The notes: generated by a model from the letters alone, not told the origin. A stretch of 64,000 bases of DNA from Burkholderiaceae bacterium (GCA_023954095.1 JAMLIQ010000008.1:1827-65826); one strand, 5' to 3'; counted from the stretch's first letter, positions 11,058 through 21,463 are shown. A program made the numbers and translations.

Positions 11058-12314
11058 TCAACCGAACCAGCGCACCAGTTGCTGCGCCACCTGGGCATCC
11101 TCCAGCAGAGCCATGTGACCCAGGCCATATGCCACGTATTGGTGGCTTTTGGGAAACTCCAGCGTGCGCTCCGCCTGCTCGTGCTGGCCCAACGCACTGC
11201 GCAGCGGCACCAGGCCATCACCCACCAGCCGCTCGGCCAGCGGGCTGCGCTGGCGGGCCAGCGTGGCGGCGACGGTATAGCAGTCCACGCCAGGCGGCAG
11301 GGGGAGGTGGCGGCGGGCATCCGGGCGCTCGCGAAAGCGGTCGTGCCCTTGCCAGTCGGCCTCCTGCACGTAGCCGTAGCGCAAGTCGGTGATGCCCGCG
11401 CTGCGCAAATGCCCCAGCCGGGCAAAAGGCCGGCTCCAGGGGGTGCTGCCCAGGATCACGTCGACCCAGTTGCCCGCACGCTCCAGCGGTGCGCCGTGGT
11501 GCGGTGTACCCAGAAAGACCAGCTTGCGCAACCGGCCTGGCCACTGCAAGCCGGCCTGCACTGCCTGCTGAACAGCACTGCGCACCACCAGTCCGCCCAT
11601 GCTGTGGACCAGCACGTTCAGCTCCTGCACCGGCACAGGCCAGTCGGCCAGCAGGGCTTCGACGCGGCCAGCCAGTTCCCCGCCGTTGATGGAGGTGTGC
11701 AGCCCGGTGTTGTAGCGTACATACACCGGCGTGCAGTCCAGCGCCTGCGCCAGGTACGCGCCATGGTCATGGCCTGCGCGCAGCCACTGCAGATCGTTCA
11801 TGCACAGGCCATGCACCAGCAACAGCACCTTGCCTGTGGCCTGGCCCGAGGCGCGCAGGGCCGCCAGATCGATGGCCTGCCCTTGCTGGCGCAACTCCAT
11901 GCCCAGGGCCAGCGGGTTGCCATCCTCGGCCAGACGGTCTCCCATCACCCCGTTCAGGGCGGACAGCACGGCTTCGCGTTCCGGCGGCGGTGCAGCGTTG
12001 GCACCGCGTTCCAGAAAGGGTTCCAGCCGCAGCAGGGCGGCCTGCAGGCTGACATCCACCAGCCGCGTGACCCCCCGGATTCCCTGGTAGACGAGGCCCG
12101 TAAGTCCGCGCGTGCGGCCCACCTCCTTGCCCCCGGGCAAGCCCATGGTGCCCAGCACCGACTGGTGCACGCCTTCGGTGATGTGCGTCACCCCCGTGGT
12201 GGCCTGGGTGGCCAGGCGCGCCACACCGCGCAGGTCGGTGACGCGCAGTTGCCGCAATGCGGCCAGGGCAGCGCTGGCGGCCTTGTCCTGCAGGGGTTTG
12301 GAAGTAGGGGCCAC
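11058..12314 (-). CDS. Alpha/beta hydrolase (PGAP1-like lipase/esterase)
   Basis: VHGLCM, VHSMGGL nucleophile elbow, LGTPHHGAPL, GDGLVP. Confidence 0.82.
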   Translation of the reverse strand: MAPTSKPLQDKAASAALAALRQLRVTDLRGVARLATQATTGVTHITEGVHQSVLGTMGLPGGKEVGRTRGLTGLVYQGIRGVTRLVDVSLQAALLRLEPFLERGANAAPPPEREAVLSALNGVMGDRLAEDGNPLALGMELRQQGQAIDLAALRASGQATGKVLLLVHGLCMNDLQWLRAGHDHGAYLAQALDCTPVYVRYNTGLHTSINGGELAGRVEALLADWPVPVQELNVLVHSMGGLVVRSAVQQAVQAGLQWPGRLRKLVFLGTPHHGAPLERAGNWVDVILGSTPWSRPFARLGHLRSAGITDLRYGYVQEADWQGHDRFRERPDARRHLPLPPGVDCYTVAATLARQRSPLAERLVGDGLVPLRSALGQHEQAERTLEFPKSHQYVAYGLGHMALLEDAQVAQQLVRWFG

Positions 12315-12359
12315 GGTTGCTCCAGTCGGTATACGTCGGACGACTGGTGTCTCCCGGCG

Positions 12360-13382
12360 TCAAAAACGCTCGCTCGCCCCCAGGTAGCGCCATTGCCCCA
12401 CGGGCAGGTTGCCCAGTGTGACACGGCCAATGCGGATGCGTTTGAGCCCCACCACCTTGAGGCCCACCAGTTCGCACATGCGGCGGATCTGGCGCTTCTT
12501 GCCCTCGGTCAGCACAAAACGCAACTGCTCGGGGTTCTGCCAATCGACCTTGGCCGGCTTGAGCGGCTGGCCGTCCAGGGAAAGGCCATGGCGCAGGCGC
12601 TCCAGCAGCGCAGGGGGAAACACCGCCTGCACATTCGTGCGCACCGGGTCACGCTCATGGATTTCCTGCAGCGGTTCTGCGCGCCCTCCCGAACGCTGCG
12701 CGCCAGACCCGTCATACACCACGCGCACCAGGTATTCCTTGTCGATGCTGGAATCCTCACCGATGAGCTGGCGCGCCACGCGCCCATCCTGCGTCAGCAC
12801 CAGCAACCCCACCGAATCGATATCGAGCCGCCCCGCAGGCGCCAACCCCCGCAGATGCGGAGGCGTGAAACGCAGGCCGCTGGGGTCCTCGCGCCAATGG
12901 GTGCGCGGGTTGATGAGCGCCACTGCCGGCTGATGCCCGTCTTCGGCCTGGCCCGACACATAGCCCATGGGCTTATGCAGCACGATGGTGACCTGGTTGG
13001 CCTGCTGGCGCTGCGCCGCACGCTCGACCGTGACCGTGTCCTGCAGCGTGACCCTGACGCCCATTTCCGCGGCCTTGCCGTTCACATAGACCCAGCCGCG
13101 GGCAATCCAGTCATCGGCCTCGCGGCGCGAGCACAGACCCAGCTCGGCCAGGCGCTTGTTCAGGCGCGTTGCGCCCGGCTGTGCTGCGGGCGCGGGCGGA
13201 GCAGCATGCTGCGCACCGGGCGGCGCTGCAGCGTCCCTGCGGACACCAGCCCGGGCGGCCGTCGGCGGCGCCGCCGAGCGGGCAGGCGCCTGGGGCGCCA
13301 ACGCCGGGCGGCGCAGACTCAGGCGCCGGGATGCGGGGGTCTGCTCAGGGGGGGGGACAGGCGGGCGGAGGCGGGAGGACAT
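12360..13382 (-). CDS. rRNA pseudouridine synthase (RsuA/RluF family) with S4 domain
   Basis: RLNKRLAELGLCSRREAD, GRLDIDSVGLL, EGKKRQIRRM. Confidence 0.92.
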   Translation of the reverse strand: MSSRLRPPVPPPEQTPASRRLSLRRPALAPQAPARSAAPPTAARAGVRRDAAAPPGAQHAAPPAPAAQPGATRLNKRLAELGLCSRREADDWIARGWVYVNGKAAEMGVRVTLQDTVTVERAAQRQQANQVTIVLHKPMGYVSGQAEDGHQPAVALINPRTHWREDPSGLRFTPPHLRGLAPAGRLDIDSVGLLVLTQDGRVARQLIGEDSSIDKEYLVRVVYDGSGAQRSGGRAEPLQEIHERDPVRTNVQAVFPPALLERLRHGLSLDGQPLKPAKVDWQNPEQLRFVLTEGKKRQIRRMCELVGLKVVGLKRIRIGRVTLGNLPVGQWRYLGASERF

Positions 13383-13442
13383 GGTCGAAAAACGGTGCGA
13401 TGGTGGACGCGGGCGCGGCAGCCCCGTGCGGAGTACAAAGGT

Positions 13443-15776
13443 TCAGGCCTGTTGCTCTTGCCAGTCCAGAAAGTCTTTTGCCGGCATGGGCCGACTGATG
13501 TGGTAGCCCTGCGCCTCATCGCAGTTCAGCGTGCGCAAGCGTTCCAGGATATCGGCATTTTCCACGCCTTCGGCTACCACGCTCAGGCCCAGATTGTGCG
13601 CCAGGTCGATGGTGGATCGCACAATCTGGGCATCCCCTTCGCCGGCCTGCATGCCCATCACGAAGGATTTGTCGATCTTGAGCTCCTGCACCGGAAGGCG
13701 CCGCAGGTAGGCGAGCGAAGAGTAGCCGGTGCCAAAATCATCGATCGAAAGCTTGAATCCCTGTTGCGACAGGCGGTTGAGCATGGCTTCGGCACGCGGC
13801 GGATCGTCCATGATGGCACTCTCGGTGATCTCCAGACACAGGCTGGAGGCCACGACCCCATGGCGCGACAGGATGGACTCCAGACGCGCACTCAGTTCGG
13901 GGTCGAGCAGGTCGCGGGTGGACAGGTTGACCGACACCCGCAACCGCAGCGCCCGGGCCTGCTCACCGGCCAGCAGGCGCACCACGGCTTCAAAAATCCA
14001 CAGCGTCAGCTGGCGCACAAAACCCGTCTGCTCGGCAAACGGAATGAATTCCATGGGCGGCACCAGGCCGCGCTGCGGGTGCTGCCAGCGCACCAGCGCC
14101 TCGGCAGCACACCCTGGTGCCGCGTGCAGCGCCACCTTGGGCTGCAGATACAGGCGCAGTTCGTCTTGCTCCACCGCTCGGCGCAGGTCTCCCAGCAGCG
14201 TCAGGGTCTGCGCACTCGACGAATCGAGCGCCGGATCGTACAGCAGCGCCATGCTGAGCTTGCGCTTGGCGGCATACATGGCAATTTCGGAACGGTTGAG
14301 CAGGGTGTCGGCATCTGCAGCGTCCCCCGGCCAGCAGGCGATGCCGATGCCGGCACTCAGATCCACCGTCTGGTCATCGAATTCCAGCGGCGTCTCGAAG
14401 GAGCGCGCGATGCCCCGCGCCACCTCCAGCGCCTGGATGCCGTTCGTGTCATGCAGCAGCAGCGCAAATTCATTGCCCCCCACACGGGCCACCATGTCCT
14501 GGGGCATATGGACGTGGGGCCGCAACCGCCCGGCCACAGCCTGCAGCAACCGGTCGCCGAAAGCGTAGCCCAGCACGTCATTGACATGCTTGAAACGATC
14601 CAGGTCGAGCAGCAGCACGGCCAGGGGCTGCGGTTCGTCACCGTGCGCCTTGATCGACTGCATGAGGGCACTGCGAAAACGCTCGCGGTTGGGCAGGCCC
14701 GTCAGGCGGTCCCGGTAAGCCAGGTCGCGCACCTTGGACTGCTGGCGCGCAATGTCCAGGCGCATATGGTCGAACGAGCGCGCCAGGTCGCCGATCTCAT
14801 CCGCGCGCTCCATGTGTTCCATGGGCACGCTGTAGTCCCCCTCCGAGAGCCGCCCCGTGGCCGTCAGCAGGGAACGCAGCGGCGTGGTCACGCGCCGCGC
14901 CATGGCGCCACTGCCCACGGCAAAGAGCAGGAGACCGCCCACGGTAATGCTGGCCAGCAGAAACTGCAGCTGCCGGTAGGGCGCCACCAGTGGATCCACC
15001 GACCGCAGCAGCAAGGCGTGCACCTGCCCGCCCAGGGCATCAAGGCTGATGGAGCGCACCAGCAGGGTTCCGGCATCGGTTTCCAGTTCGCGCACGGCCC
15101 CTGCACTGTTGCGCAATTGCGCCAGCGCAGCACCGGTCAACGTGCTGACGGGCAGCGACATGGCTGCGCCTTGGGGCTGCACCAGTACCGCAACGTCGAC
15201 CGCCAGCAGCTGCCGCATTTCCTCGGCCAGCGGCTGGCCAATCGGGAACCCCATCAACACCCAGCCGATCACCACCGGCGCCTTGAGCGGAACCATGACA
15301 AACATATACGCCTGCCCGCCCAGCACGGCAACCTGGCTTGCCTGGGGCTGCACAGCCAAGGACTGGATCACCGGCAGCAGGGAGTCCGGCTGGGGAGGCA
15401 TGCTCTCCGCCAGGCTGGCGGCGCGCAGGGCAAATTGCGTATCCAGCAAGGCCGTCACCACTGCACCAATGCGGGCGCCGTGGTTCTCCAGTGCCGACTG
15501 GATCGTGCCCTGGTCTCCCGAATTGACCGCCGAACGAAAACCGAAATCAGCGGCCAGCAAGCCGGAACCCTGGCGCAAGCGGTCGGCGTTTTGCTCCAGC
15601 AGGCGATGCCAGACCCGTTCATCGGTGTCGAGTTCGCGGGCAATCTGGCTGCGCGCATTGCGGTCTATGCTGGCACGCACCACGGCGAAACCAGCCGCCT
15701 GCACCACCAGCAAGAGCAGCAGCGAAATACCCACCAGGCGGGCAATCAGGCTGCGCGGAAAGGCCCTGATCGTCAA
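13443..15776 (-). CDS. Membrane sensor HAMP-GGDEF(degenerate)-EAL c-di-GMP phosphodiesterase
   Basis: TM, Cache-like region, HAMP, GGNEF, AEALVRW, DDFGTGYSSL; TTG start overlaps the upstream stop. Confidence 0.9.
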   Translation of the reverse strand: MTIRAFPRSLIARLVGISLLLLLVVQAAGFAVVRASIDRNARSQIARELDTDERVWHRLLEQNADRLRQGSGLLAADFGFRSAVNSGDQGTIQSALENHGARIGAVVTALLDTQFALRAASLAESMPPQPDSLLPVIQSLAVQPQASQVAVLGGQAYMFVMVPLKAPVVIGWVLMGFPIGQPLAEEMRQLLAVDVAVLVQPQGAAMSLPVSTLTGAALAQLRNSAGAVRELETDAGTLLVRSISLDALGGQVHALLLRSVDPLVAPYRQLQFLLASITVGGLLLFAVGSGAMARRVTTPLRSLLTATGRLSEGDYSVPMEHMERADEIGDLARSFDHMRLDIARQQSKVRDLAYRDRLTGLPNRERFRSALMQSIKAHGDEPQPLAVLLLDLDRFKHVNDVLGYAFGDRLLQAVAGRLRPHVHMPQDMVARVGGNEFALLLHDTNGIQALEVARGIARSFETPLEFDDQTVDLSAGIGIACWPGDAADADTLLNRSEIAMYAAKRKLSMALLYDPALDSSSAQTLTLLGDLRRAVEQDELRLYLQPKVALHAAPGCAAEALVRWQHPQRGLVPPMEFIPFAEQTGFVRQLTLWIFEAVVRLLAGEQARALRLRVSVNLSTRDLLDPELSARLESILSRHGVVASSLCLEITESAIMDDPPRAEAMLNRLSQQGFKLSIDDFGTGYSSLAYLRRLPVQELKIDKSFVMGMQAGEGDAQIVRSTIDLAHNLGLSVVAEGVENADILERLRTLNCDEAQGYHISRPMPAKDFLDWQEQQA

Positions 15777-16411
15777 GGCTGCAACCCCGCCATGCGCACG
15801 GTGGCTGTCACCTCGCCGGTGGCGGGCACCTGCAGCGCCTGCTGCAAGGCCGGATCACCGACAGGCTGACGCGGGTGCCACACGCGCAACTGGTAGCTGC
15901 CAGCGGGCACACCGTCCAGGCGCACGCGGCCCGGCACCATGCCGTCCACACCGGTCTGCGCATGGTGGGGCGTATCCACCACCACAATCCATCCAACCAT
16001 GTTGTCGTGGATATTGCAGCCCAGCAACACCACGCCCGGTTGGTCAAACAGCACCGGCGATGCGTCCTTGCCCTTGTAGAGCTTGATCTCGAACTTTTTG
16101 GCCGGAGAGAACGAATACACGTGGTGGCGCACGGCATCCAGATTGGGGAACTGCACCTCGGTGCCGACCGTGGCCACGAGCACGGCGGGCACAAATTGTT
16201 TTTTCTGCTGCGCCATGGCCACGCCCTGCATGGGCCGCACCTGGCGACGCGCATCGGCAGACTCCAGATAGACCACCGCCTGGTCCAGGGGCTGGCCATT
16301 GACGGCGTCGCGCACCTCCACCTGCACGCTGCCCGCCCCACAGGACAAAGGCAACAGCACCAGCCCAGCCACCCGCAACCATCGGCCTACGGGCAGTAAC
16401 AGTGATCTCAT
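15773..16411 (-). CDS. Secreted cupredoxin-like protein (methylamine-utilisation-protein annotation family)
   Basis: Signal peptide, FPNLDAVRHHVYSFS, GCNIHDNMVG (type-1 Cu-like His/Cys/His/Met). Confidence 0.8.
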   Translation of the reverse strand: MRSLLLPVGRWLRVAGLVLLPLSCGAGSVQVEVRDAVNGQPLDQAVVYLESADARRQVRPMQGVAMAQQKKQFVPAVLVATVGTEVQFPNLDAVRHHVYSFSPAKKFEIKLYKGKDASPVLFDQPGVVLLGCNIHDNMVGWIVVVDTPHHAQTGVDGMVPGRVRLDGVPAGSYQLRVWHPRQPVGDPALQQALQVPATGEVTATVRMAGLQP

Positions 16412-16485
16412 GCGACGGGCTCCTTTGTCCCTGGTTTATAGCGCAAGCCCGGGTGCGCACAACGCCTGACGGGTCCCGACATGCT

Positions 16486-17205
16486 TCATTTGCCGCCGTT
16501 CAGCCAGCCGGCACGCATGGCTTCCAGGTTGAGCACCCGCAGACCGCCATATTCCACGCGGATGGCCCCCTGGGCTTCCAGCGTTGCCAGCGCCTCATTG
16601 ACGCGCTGACGCGACAAACCCACCAGGTAGGCCAGTTCCTGCTGGGTAATGCGCAGCACCTCCCCGACGCCAGGATAGAGCACCGAGTTGAACAATGCCG
16701 CCAGGCTGCGGGCCACCCGGGCATCGGGGTTGTTCAACCGGTCGATTTCACGCGCTGCAATGAACTGCCCCAGGCGTTCGTTGAGCTGGTGCATGACAAA
16801 CCGGTTGAAGCCGATGGAATGGTCCAGCAACCAGTGGAAGGTGTCGATGGGCAGGCCTGCCACCACACTCTTGCGCAGGGCTTGAACGTTGTAGCGGTAG
16901 GGTTCACGCTTGACCGCCGTCCCTTCCCCGAACCATCCCCCGGGAGGCAGTCCGGCAAAGGTCATGGTGCCGCCGTCCGCATTGTCATTGCTCATTTTCA
17001 GCAGCCCTTCGACGACGCCGAACCAATAAGTCACAGGCCTTCCGATACGGCACACGTAATCACCCGGCAAGGCGTCGCCCACGAGCAATTCTGCCTCGGC
17101 TCGCTCACGCTCTGCAGGCTGCAGCAGCGACAGCCACGGAATGCCCCCCAGTTCCTCGGTGGTGGGCTGGCGGCGGCGGTGGTGCAGTGACAAGTCCTGG
17201 TTCAT
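16486..17205 (-). CDS. Crp/Fnr family transcriptional regulator
   Basis: cNMP-binding domain (GGWFGEG) and C-terminal HTH ITQQELAYLVGLSRQRVNEAL. Confidence 0.9.
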   Translation of the reverse strand: MNQDLSLHHRRRQPTTEELGGIPWLSLLQPAERERAEAELLVGDALPGDYVCRIGRPVTYWFGVVEGLLKMSNDNADGGTMTFAGLPPGGWFGEGTAVKREPYRYNVQALRKSVVAGLPIDTFHWLLDHSIGFNRFVMHQLNERLGQFIAAREIDRLNNPDARVARSLAALFNSVLYPGVGEVLRITQQELAYLVGLSRQRVNEALATLEAQGAIRVEYGGLRVLNLEAMRAGWLNGGK

Positions 17206-17313
17206 GCGGCGAGGTAGCAGGGATTGACCGGAGCGAAGAGAGGGCAAGCGCCCAGATCTAGAAGCATGCCCGCCCTTCCCGGGAATGCCTGTACGGGAAT
17301 ACCACGACACAAA

Positions 17314-17331
17314 TTGTCATCGAAAAGACAA
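17314..17331. promoter_or_regulatory. Candidate Crp-family operator TTGTC-N8-GACAA (site 1)
   Basis: AAATTGTCATCGAAAAGACAA palindrome; second copy at 18600. Confidence 0.6.
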
Positions 17332-17404
17332 AATAATTCCAATGTGCGTTCCATGATGCACAGGGTAGGGCAACACCGCCCAGGACACAGAGGAACCCCG
17401 TCCC

Positions 17405-18565
17405 ATGCCATCCCCCCGTCTACCGATTGCATCCCCCACCCGACGCAGCCTGCTCGCCACCGCCCTTGCCTTACCCTGGATGGGCCTGGCTTCGCCTGCC
17501 CATGCACAGGACAGCGTGCTCAAGATATGCCAGTCCACTGCGCTGACAGGCCCGCTGGGCGACCTGGGTTCGGCCATGCACCAGGGCGCCAAGGCCGCCT
17601 TTGCTGCGGCCAATGCCCGCGGCGGCGTGCTGGGGCGGAAAATTGAACTCGTCACCCTGGACGACGGCTATGACATTCCCCGTGCGCTGACCAACGTGGA
17701 CAAGTTTCTGGCGGACCCGGATTGCTTTGCACTCTTCAACTGCATGGGCACCCCCATGGTGGGCGCGGTGATGCCCAAGGTGCTGGAGTCGGGCCTGCCA
17801 TTTTTCGCCCCGTTCACGGGCGCACAGCTCAGCCGCATTGCGGGCGCCCGAAACGTCTTCAACATTCGCGCCAGCTATGCCGACGAAGCAGACAAGGCGG
17901 TACAGCACCTGGCCACGATCGGCATCCGCCGTATTGCGGTGGTGTACCAGAACAACGCCTTCGGCAAGGAAGTGTTCGACAGCGCGCGACAGGCCATTGC
18001 CGAGGCCAAACTGCCCGCTGCACTCAATGCCACCGTCGAAAATGACTCCTCCGACGCCGCCAGCGCGGCAGCCAAGCTGGCCGAAGGCAATCCTGAAGCG
18101 GTATTGATCGGCCTTGCGGGCAAGCCCGCCCTGGAGTTTGTGAAGGCGTTTCGCCCCCTGCGCAAAGGCGTCACCTTGTATGCGCTGTCCGTGCTGGGCA
18201 CCTCGGCCAACATCAAGGCCCTGGGACCCGACGCCATAGGTATGGCCGTCTCCCAGGTGGTGCCGCTGCCGACGAACACCATCGTTCCTGTCGTGCGCGA
18301 GTTTCAACAGGCCCTCAAGACCCTGGGCGCAGCGACGGAGGCATCCCATCTGGCGCTCGAAGGCTATATCAATGCCCGCGTCTTCATTGAAGCCCTGCAA
18401 CGCGCTGGACGCAATCCGACGCGCGCAGCGTTCATCGACGCCACCTGGAGCCTCAAGAAATGGGACCTGGGCGGCTTTGAAATCAATGCCAGCACGCCGG
18501 AACGCAACGCATCACGCTTCGTGGAACTCACGCTGGTCACCCGCGATGGCCGCTTCATGCGCTGA
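17405..18565 (+). CDS. ABC substrate-binding protein (LivJ-like), possible Tat substrate
   Basis: TRRSLL signal, QSTALTGP, LDDGYD, NIRASY, LEGYINARV. Confidence 0.85.
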   Translation: MPSPRLPIASPTRRSLLATALALPWMGLASPAHAQDSVLKICQSTALTGPLGDLGSAMHQGAKAAFAAANARGGVLGRKIELVTLDDGYDIPRALTNVDKFLADPDCFALFNCMGTPMVGAVMPKVLESGLPFFAPFTGAQLSRIAGARNVFNIRASYADEADKAVQHLATIGIRRIAVVYQNNAFGKEVFDSARQAIAEAKLPAALNATVENDSSDAASAAAKLAEGNPEAVLIGLAGKPALEFVKAFRPLRKGVTLYALSVLGTSANIKALGPDAIGMAVSQVVPLPTNTIVPVVREFQQALKTLGAATEASHLALEGYINARVFIEALQRAGRNPTRAAFIDATWSLKKWDLGGFEINASTPERNASRFVELTLVTRDGRFMR

Positions 18566-18599
18566 CAGGGCGTATACCCGATCAGGAGTTTCCCCTAAA

Positions 18600-18617
18600 T
18601 TGTCGTTACAAAGACAA
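18600..18617. promoter_or_regulatory. Candidate Crp-family operator TTGTC-N8-GACAA (site 2)
   Basis: AAATTGTCGTTACAAAGACAA upstream of the acyl-CoA ligase operon. Confidence 0.6.
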
Positions 18618-18720
18618 GATAGCGTCAAAGTCAGTCCTACGATAGCCCCCAATGTGTGGCAAGGGCCACGCAACCGGCACCACCGGATCGACAGACATCT
18701 TGCACATGATAGGAACCGGA

Positions 18721-20667
18721 ATGAAGACCACGTTCCCGCAACTGCTGCTCAAGCACGCAGCCGAGCGCCCTGCAGCAGCGGCGCTGCGCGAAAAAGAATA
18801 CGGCATCTGGCAAGCCCACAGCTGGGCCACGCTGGCCGCGCTGGTGGAACAGGTGGCAGCAGGCCTGCACCTGGCTGGACTGCGCCGTGGCGAGCACATG
18901 GTGGTGATCGGCTCCAACCGTCCCCGCCTGTACGCCACGATGCTGGCCGCCCAGGCGCTGGGCGCCATTCCGGTGCCGCTGTACCAGGATGCGGTGGCGG
19001 TGGAATGCATCTTCCCGCTGAACAATGCCGAGGTGCGGTTTGCCATGGTGGAAGACCAGGAACAGGTCGACAAGATGCTGGAAATCCGCGACCGTTGCCC
19101 CGCCCTCTCCAACATCTATTTCGACGATCCCCGCGGCCTGCGCAAGTATGAGGAAGAGGGACTGGACAGCATGGAGGCCCTGATCTCCGCCGGCCAGGCT
19201 TACGCCCAGAAGAATCCGCAATGGTTCCGCGAGGAAGTGGCCAAGGCCCAACCTGATGACGTGGCAGCCATGTTCTTCACCTCGGGCACCACAGGCAACC
19301 CCAAGGGCGTGGTGCACACGCACAGCACCCTGCTCGACCGGGCTTCAGCCGGGGCCGATTTCGACAAGCTGGGCAACACCGAGGAAGTGCTGGCCTACCT
19401 GCCCCCGGCCTGGATCGGGCAGAACATCTTCAGCTATGCACAATGGCTGGCCTGCGGTTACGTGGTGAACTGTCCCGAATCGGCCAGTACGGTATCCATC
19501 GACCTCAAGGAAGTTGGACCCACCTATTACTTTGCGCCACCCCGCGTGTTCGAGGGCCTGCTCACCAGCGTGACCATCCGCATGGAGGACGCAGGCCTCA
19601 TCAAGCGCAAGATGTTTGCCGCCTGCATGGATGTGGCGCGGCGCGTGGGCCCCGCCCTGATGGATGGTAAACCGGTGGCGGCACTGGACCGCATCAAGTA
19701 CGCGCTGGGTGACCTGCTGGTGTACGGCCCGCTGCGCAACAACCTGGGTTTTTCGCGCGTACGCGTGGCCTATACGGCGGGCGAAGCCATCGGCCCCGAC
19801 CTGTTCAGTTTTTACCGATCCATCGGCATCAACCTGAAGCAGCTCTACGGCTCGACGGAAACCGCTGTGTTCGTCTGCCTGCAGCCCGACAACCAGGCAC
19901 GCGCCGATACGGTGGGCGTGCCCATCCGGGGCGTGGAAATCAAGGTGGCCGACAACGGTGAAATCCTGGTCAAGTCGGCTGGTCTGCTCAAGGAGTATTA
20001 CAAGAACCCCGAAGCCACTGCCGAAGTGCTCACCACCGATGGCTGGTACCACACCAGCGACGCCGGATTTCTCGACGCGCATGGACATCTCAAGATCATT
20101 GACCGGGTCAAGGACGTAGGCCGCATCAAGGGCGGCACCAACGACGGCGCCATGTTCGCCCCCAAATATGTGGAGAACAAGCTCAAGTTCTTCCCACACA
20201 TCAAGGAGGTCGTCGCGCTGGGCGACGGGCGTGACAAGGTGTGCGTGATGATCAACATCGATTTCGATGCAGTGGGCAACTGGGCCGAGCGGCGCAACCT
20301 GCCTTACGCCGGGTACACCGACCTGGCACAAAAGCCCGAGGTCTACGAACTCATCAAGGACTGCGTCGAAAAAGTCAATGCCGATCTGGCCAACGACACC
20401 TTGCTCGCGGGCAGCCAGGTCAGCCGCTTCCTGGTGCTGCACAAGGAGCTGGACGCAGACGACGGCGAACTCACGCGCACCAACAAGGTTCGCCGCGGCT
20501 TCATCGCAGAAAAATATGCCGACCTGGTCACGGCCCTGTACGGAGGCCGCTCCGAGCAGTACATCGAGACCCAGGTCAAGTTCGAGGACGGTCGCACGGG
20601 CAGTGTCAGCGCGACGCTCAAGATTTCGGACACCAAAACATTCACACCGGTGAAATCAGCCGCCTGA
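18721..20667 (+). CDS. Long-chain fatty-acid--CoA ligase (AMP-binding)
   Basis: FTSGTTGNPKGV, YGSTET, GWYHTSDAG, IIDRVKD. Confidence 0.9.
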   Translation: MKTTFPQLLLKHAAERPAAAALREKEYGIWQAHSWATLAALVEQVAAGLHLAGLRRGEHMVVIGSNRPRLYATMLAAQALGAIPVPLYQDAVAVECIFPLNNAEVRFAMVEDQEQVDKMLEIRDRCPALSNIYFDDPRGLRKYEEEGLDSMEALISAGQAYAQKNPQWFREEVAKAQPDDVAAMFFTSGTTGNPKGVVHTHSTLLDRASAGADFDKLGNTEEVLAYLPPAWIGQNIFSYAQWLACGYVVNCPESASTVSIDLKEVGPTYYFAPPRVFEGLLTSVTIRMEDAGLIKRKMFAACMDVARRVGPALMDGKPVAALDRIKYALGDLLVYGPLRNNLGFSRVRVAYTAGEAIGPDLFSFYRSIGINLKQLYGSTETAVFVCLQPDNQARADTVGVPIRGVEIKVADNGEILVKSAGLLKEYYKNPEATAEVLTTDGWYHTSDAGFLDAHGHLKIIDRVKDVGRIKGGTNDGAMFAPKYVENKLKFFPHIKEVVALGDGRDKVCVMINIDFDAVGNWAERRNLPYAGYTDLAQKPEVYELIKDCVEKVNADLANDTLLAGSQVSRFLVLHKELDADDGELTRTNKVRRGFIAEKYADLVTALYGGRSEQYIETQVKFEDGRTGSVSATLKISDTKTFTPVKSAA

Positions 20668-20677
20668 GACCGCAACC

Positions 20678-21463
20678 ATGACCCAAAAGAAGATTGGCGA
20701 CGTCATCCTGGACGTCAATAACATCAGCCTGCGCTTTGGCGGCGTGAATGCGCTGACCGATATTTCGTTCAATGTGCGCGAGCATGAAATCCGCTCCATC
20801 ATTGGCCCCAATGGCGCAGGCAAGAGTTCCATGCTCAACTGCATCAATGGCGTGTACACCCCCCAGGAGGGTGCCATCACCTTCCGGGGCAAGACTTTCT
20901 CGCACATGAACTCGCGCCAGGTCGCCGAGATGGGCATTGGCCGCACCTTTCAGAACCTGGCGCTGTTCAAAGGCATGAGCGTGATCGACAACATCATGAC
21001 CGGCCGCAACCTCAAGATCAAGAGCAACATCTTCATGCAGGCCTTGCGCATTGGTCCTGCAGAACGCGAAGAAATGGCCCACCGCGAGAAGGTCGAGCAC
21101 ATCATCGACTTCCTGGAAATCCAGGCGTTTCGCAAGACCCCCGTGGGCCAGTTGCCCTACGGCCTGCAAAAGCGCGTGGACCTGGGCCGCGCCCTGGCCA
21201 TGGAGCCGCAGGTGCTGCTGCTCGACGAACCCATGGCCGGCATGAACGTGGAGGAGAAGCAGGACATGTGCCGTTTCATCCTGGATGTGAACGACGAGTT
21301 CGGCACCACCATTGTGCTGATCGAACACGACATGGGCGTGGTGATGGACATCTCCGACCGCGTGGTCGTGCTCGACTACGGCAAGAAGATCGGCGATGGC
21401 GAGCCTGAAGAAGTGCGCAACAACGAAGACGTCATCAGCGCCTACCTGGGAACCAGCCACTAA
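20678..21463 (+). CDS. ABC ATP-binding protein (LivG-like)
   Basis: GPNGAGKS, LPYGLQKRV, LLLDEP. Confidence 0.93.
   Translation: MTQKKIGDVILDVNNISLRFGGVNALTDISFNVREHEIRSIIGPNGAGKSSMLNCINGVYTPQEGAITFRGKTFSHMNSRQVAEMGIGRTFQNLALFKGMSVIDNIMTGRNLKIKSNIFMQALRIGPAEREEMAHREKVEHIIDFLEIQAFRKTPVGQLPYGLQKRVDLGRALAMEPQVLLLDEPMAGMNVEEKQDMCRFILDVNDEFGTTIVLIEHDMGVVMDISDRVVVLDYGKKIGDGEPEEVRNNEDVISAYLGTSH

Noticed and set aside
10098-15869. 1923-aa plus-strand ORF
   Set aside because: Antisense shadow of four well-supported minus-strand genes; typical of high-GC codon bias and has no domain motifs.
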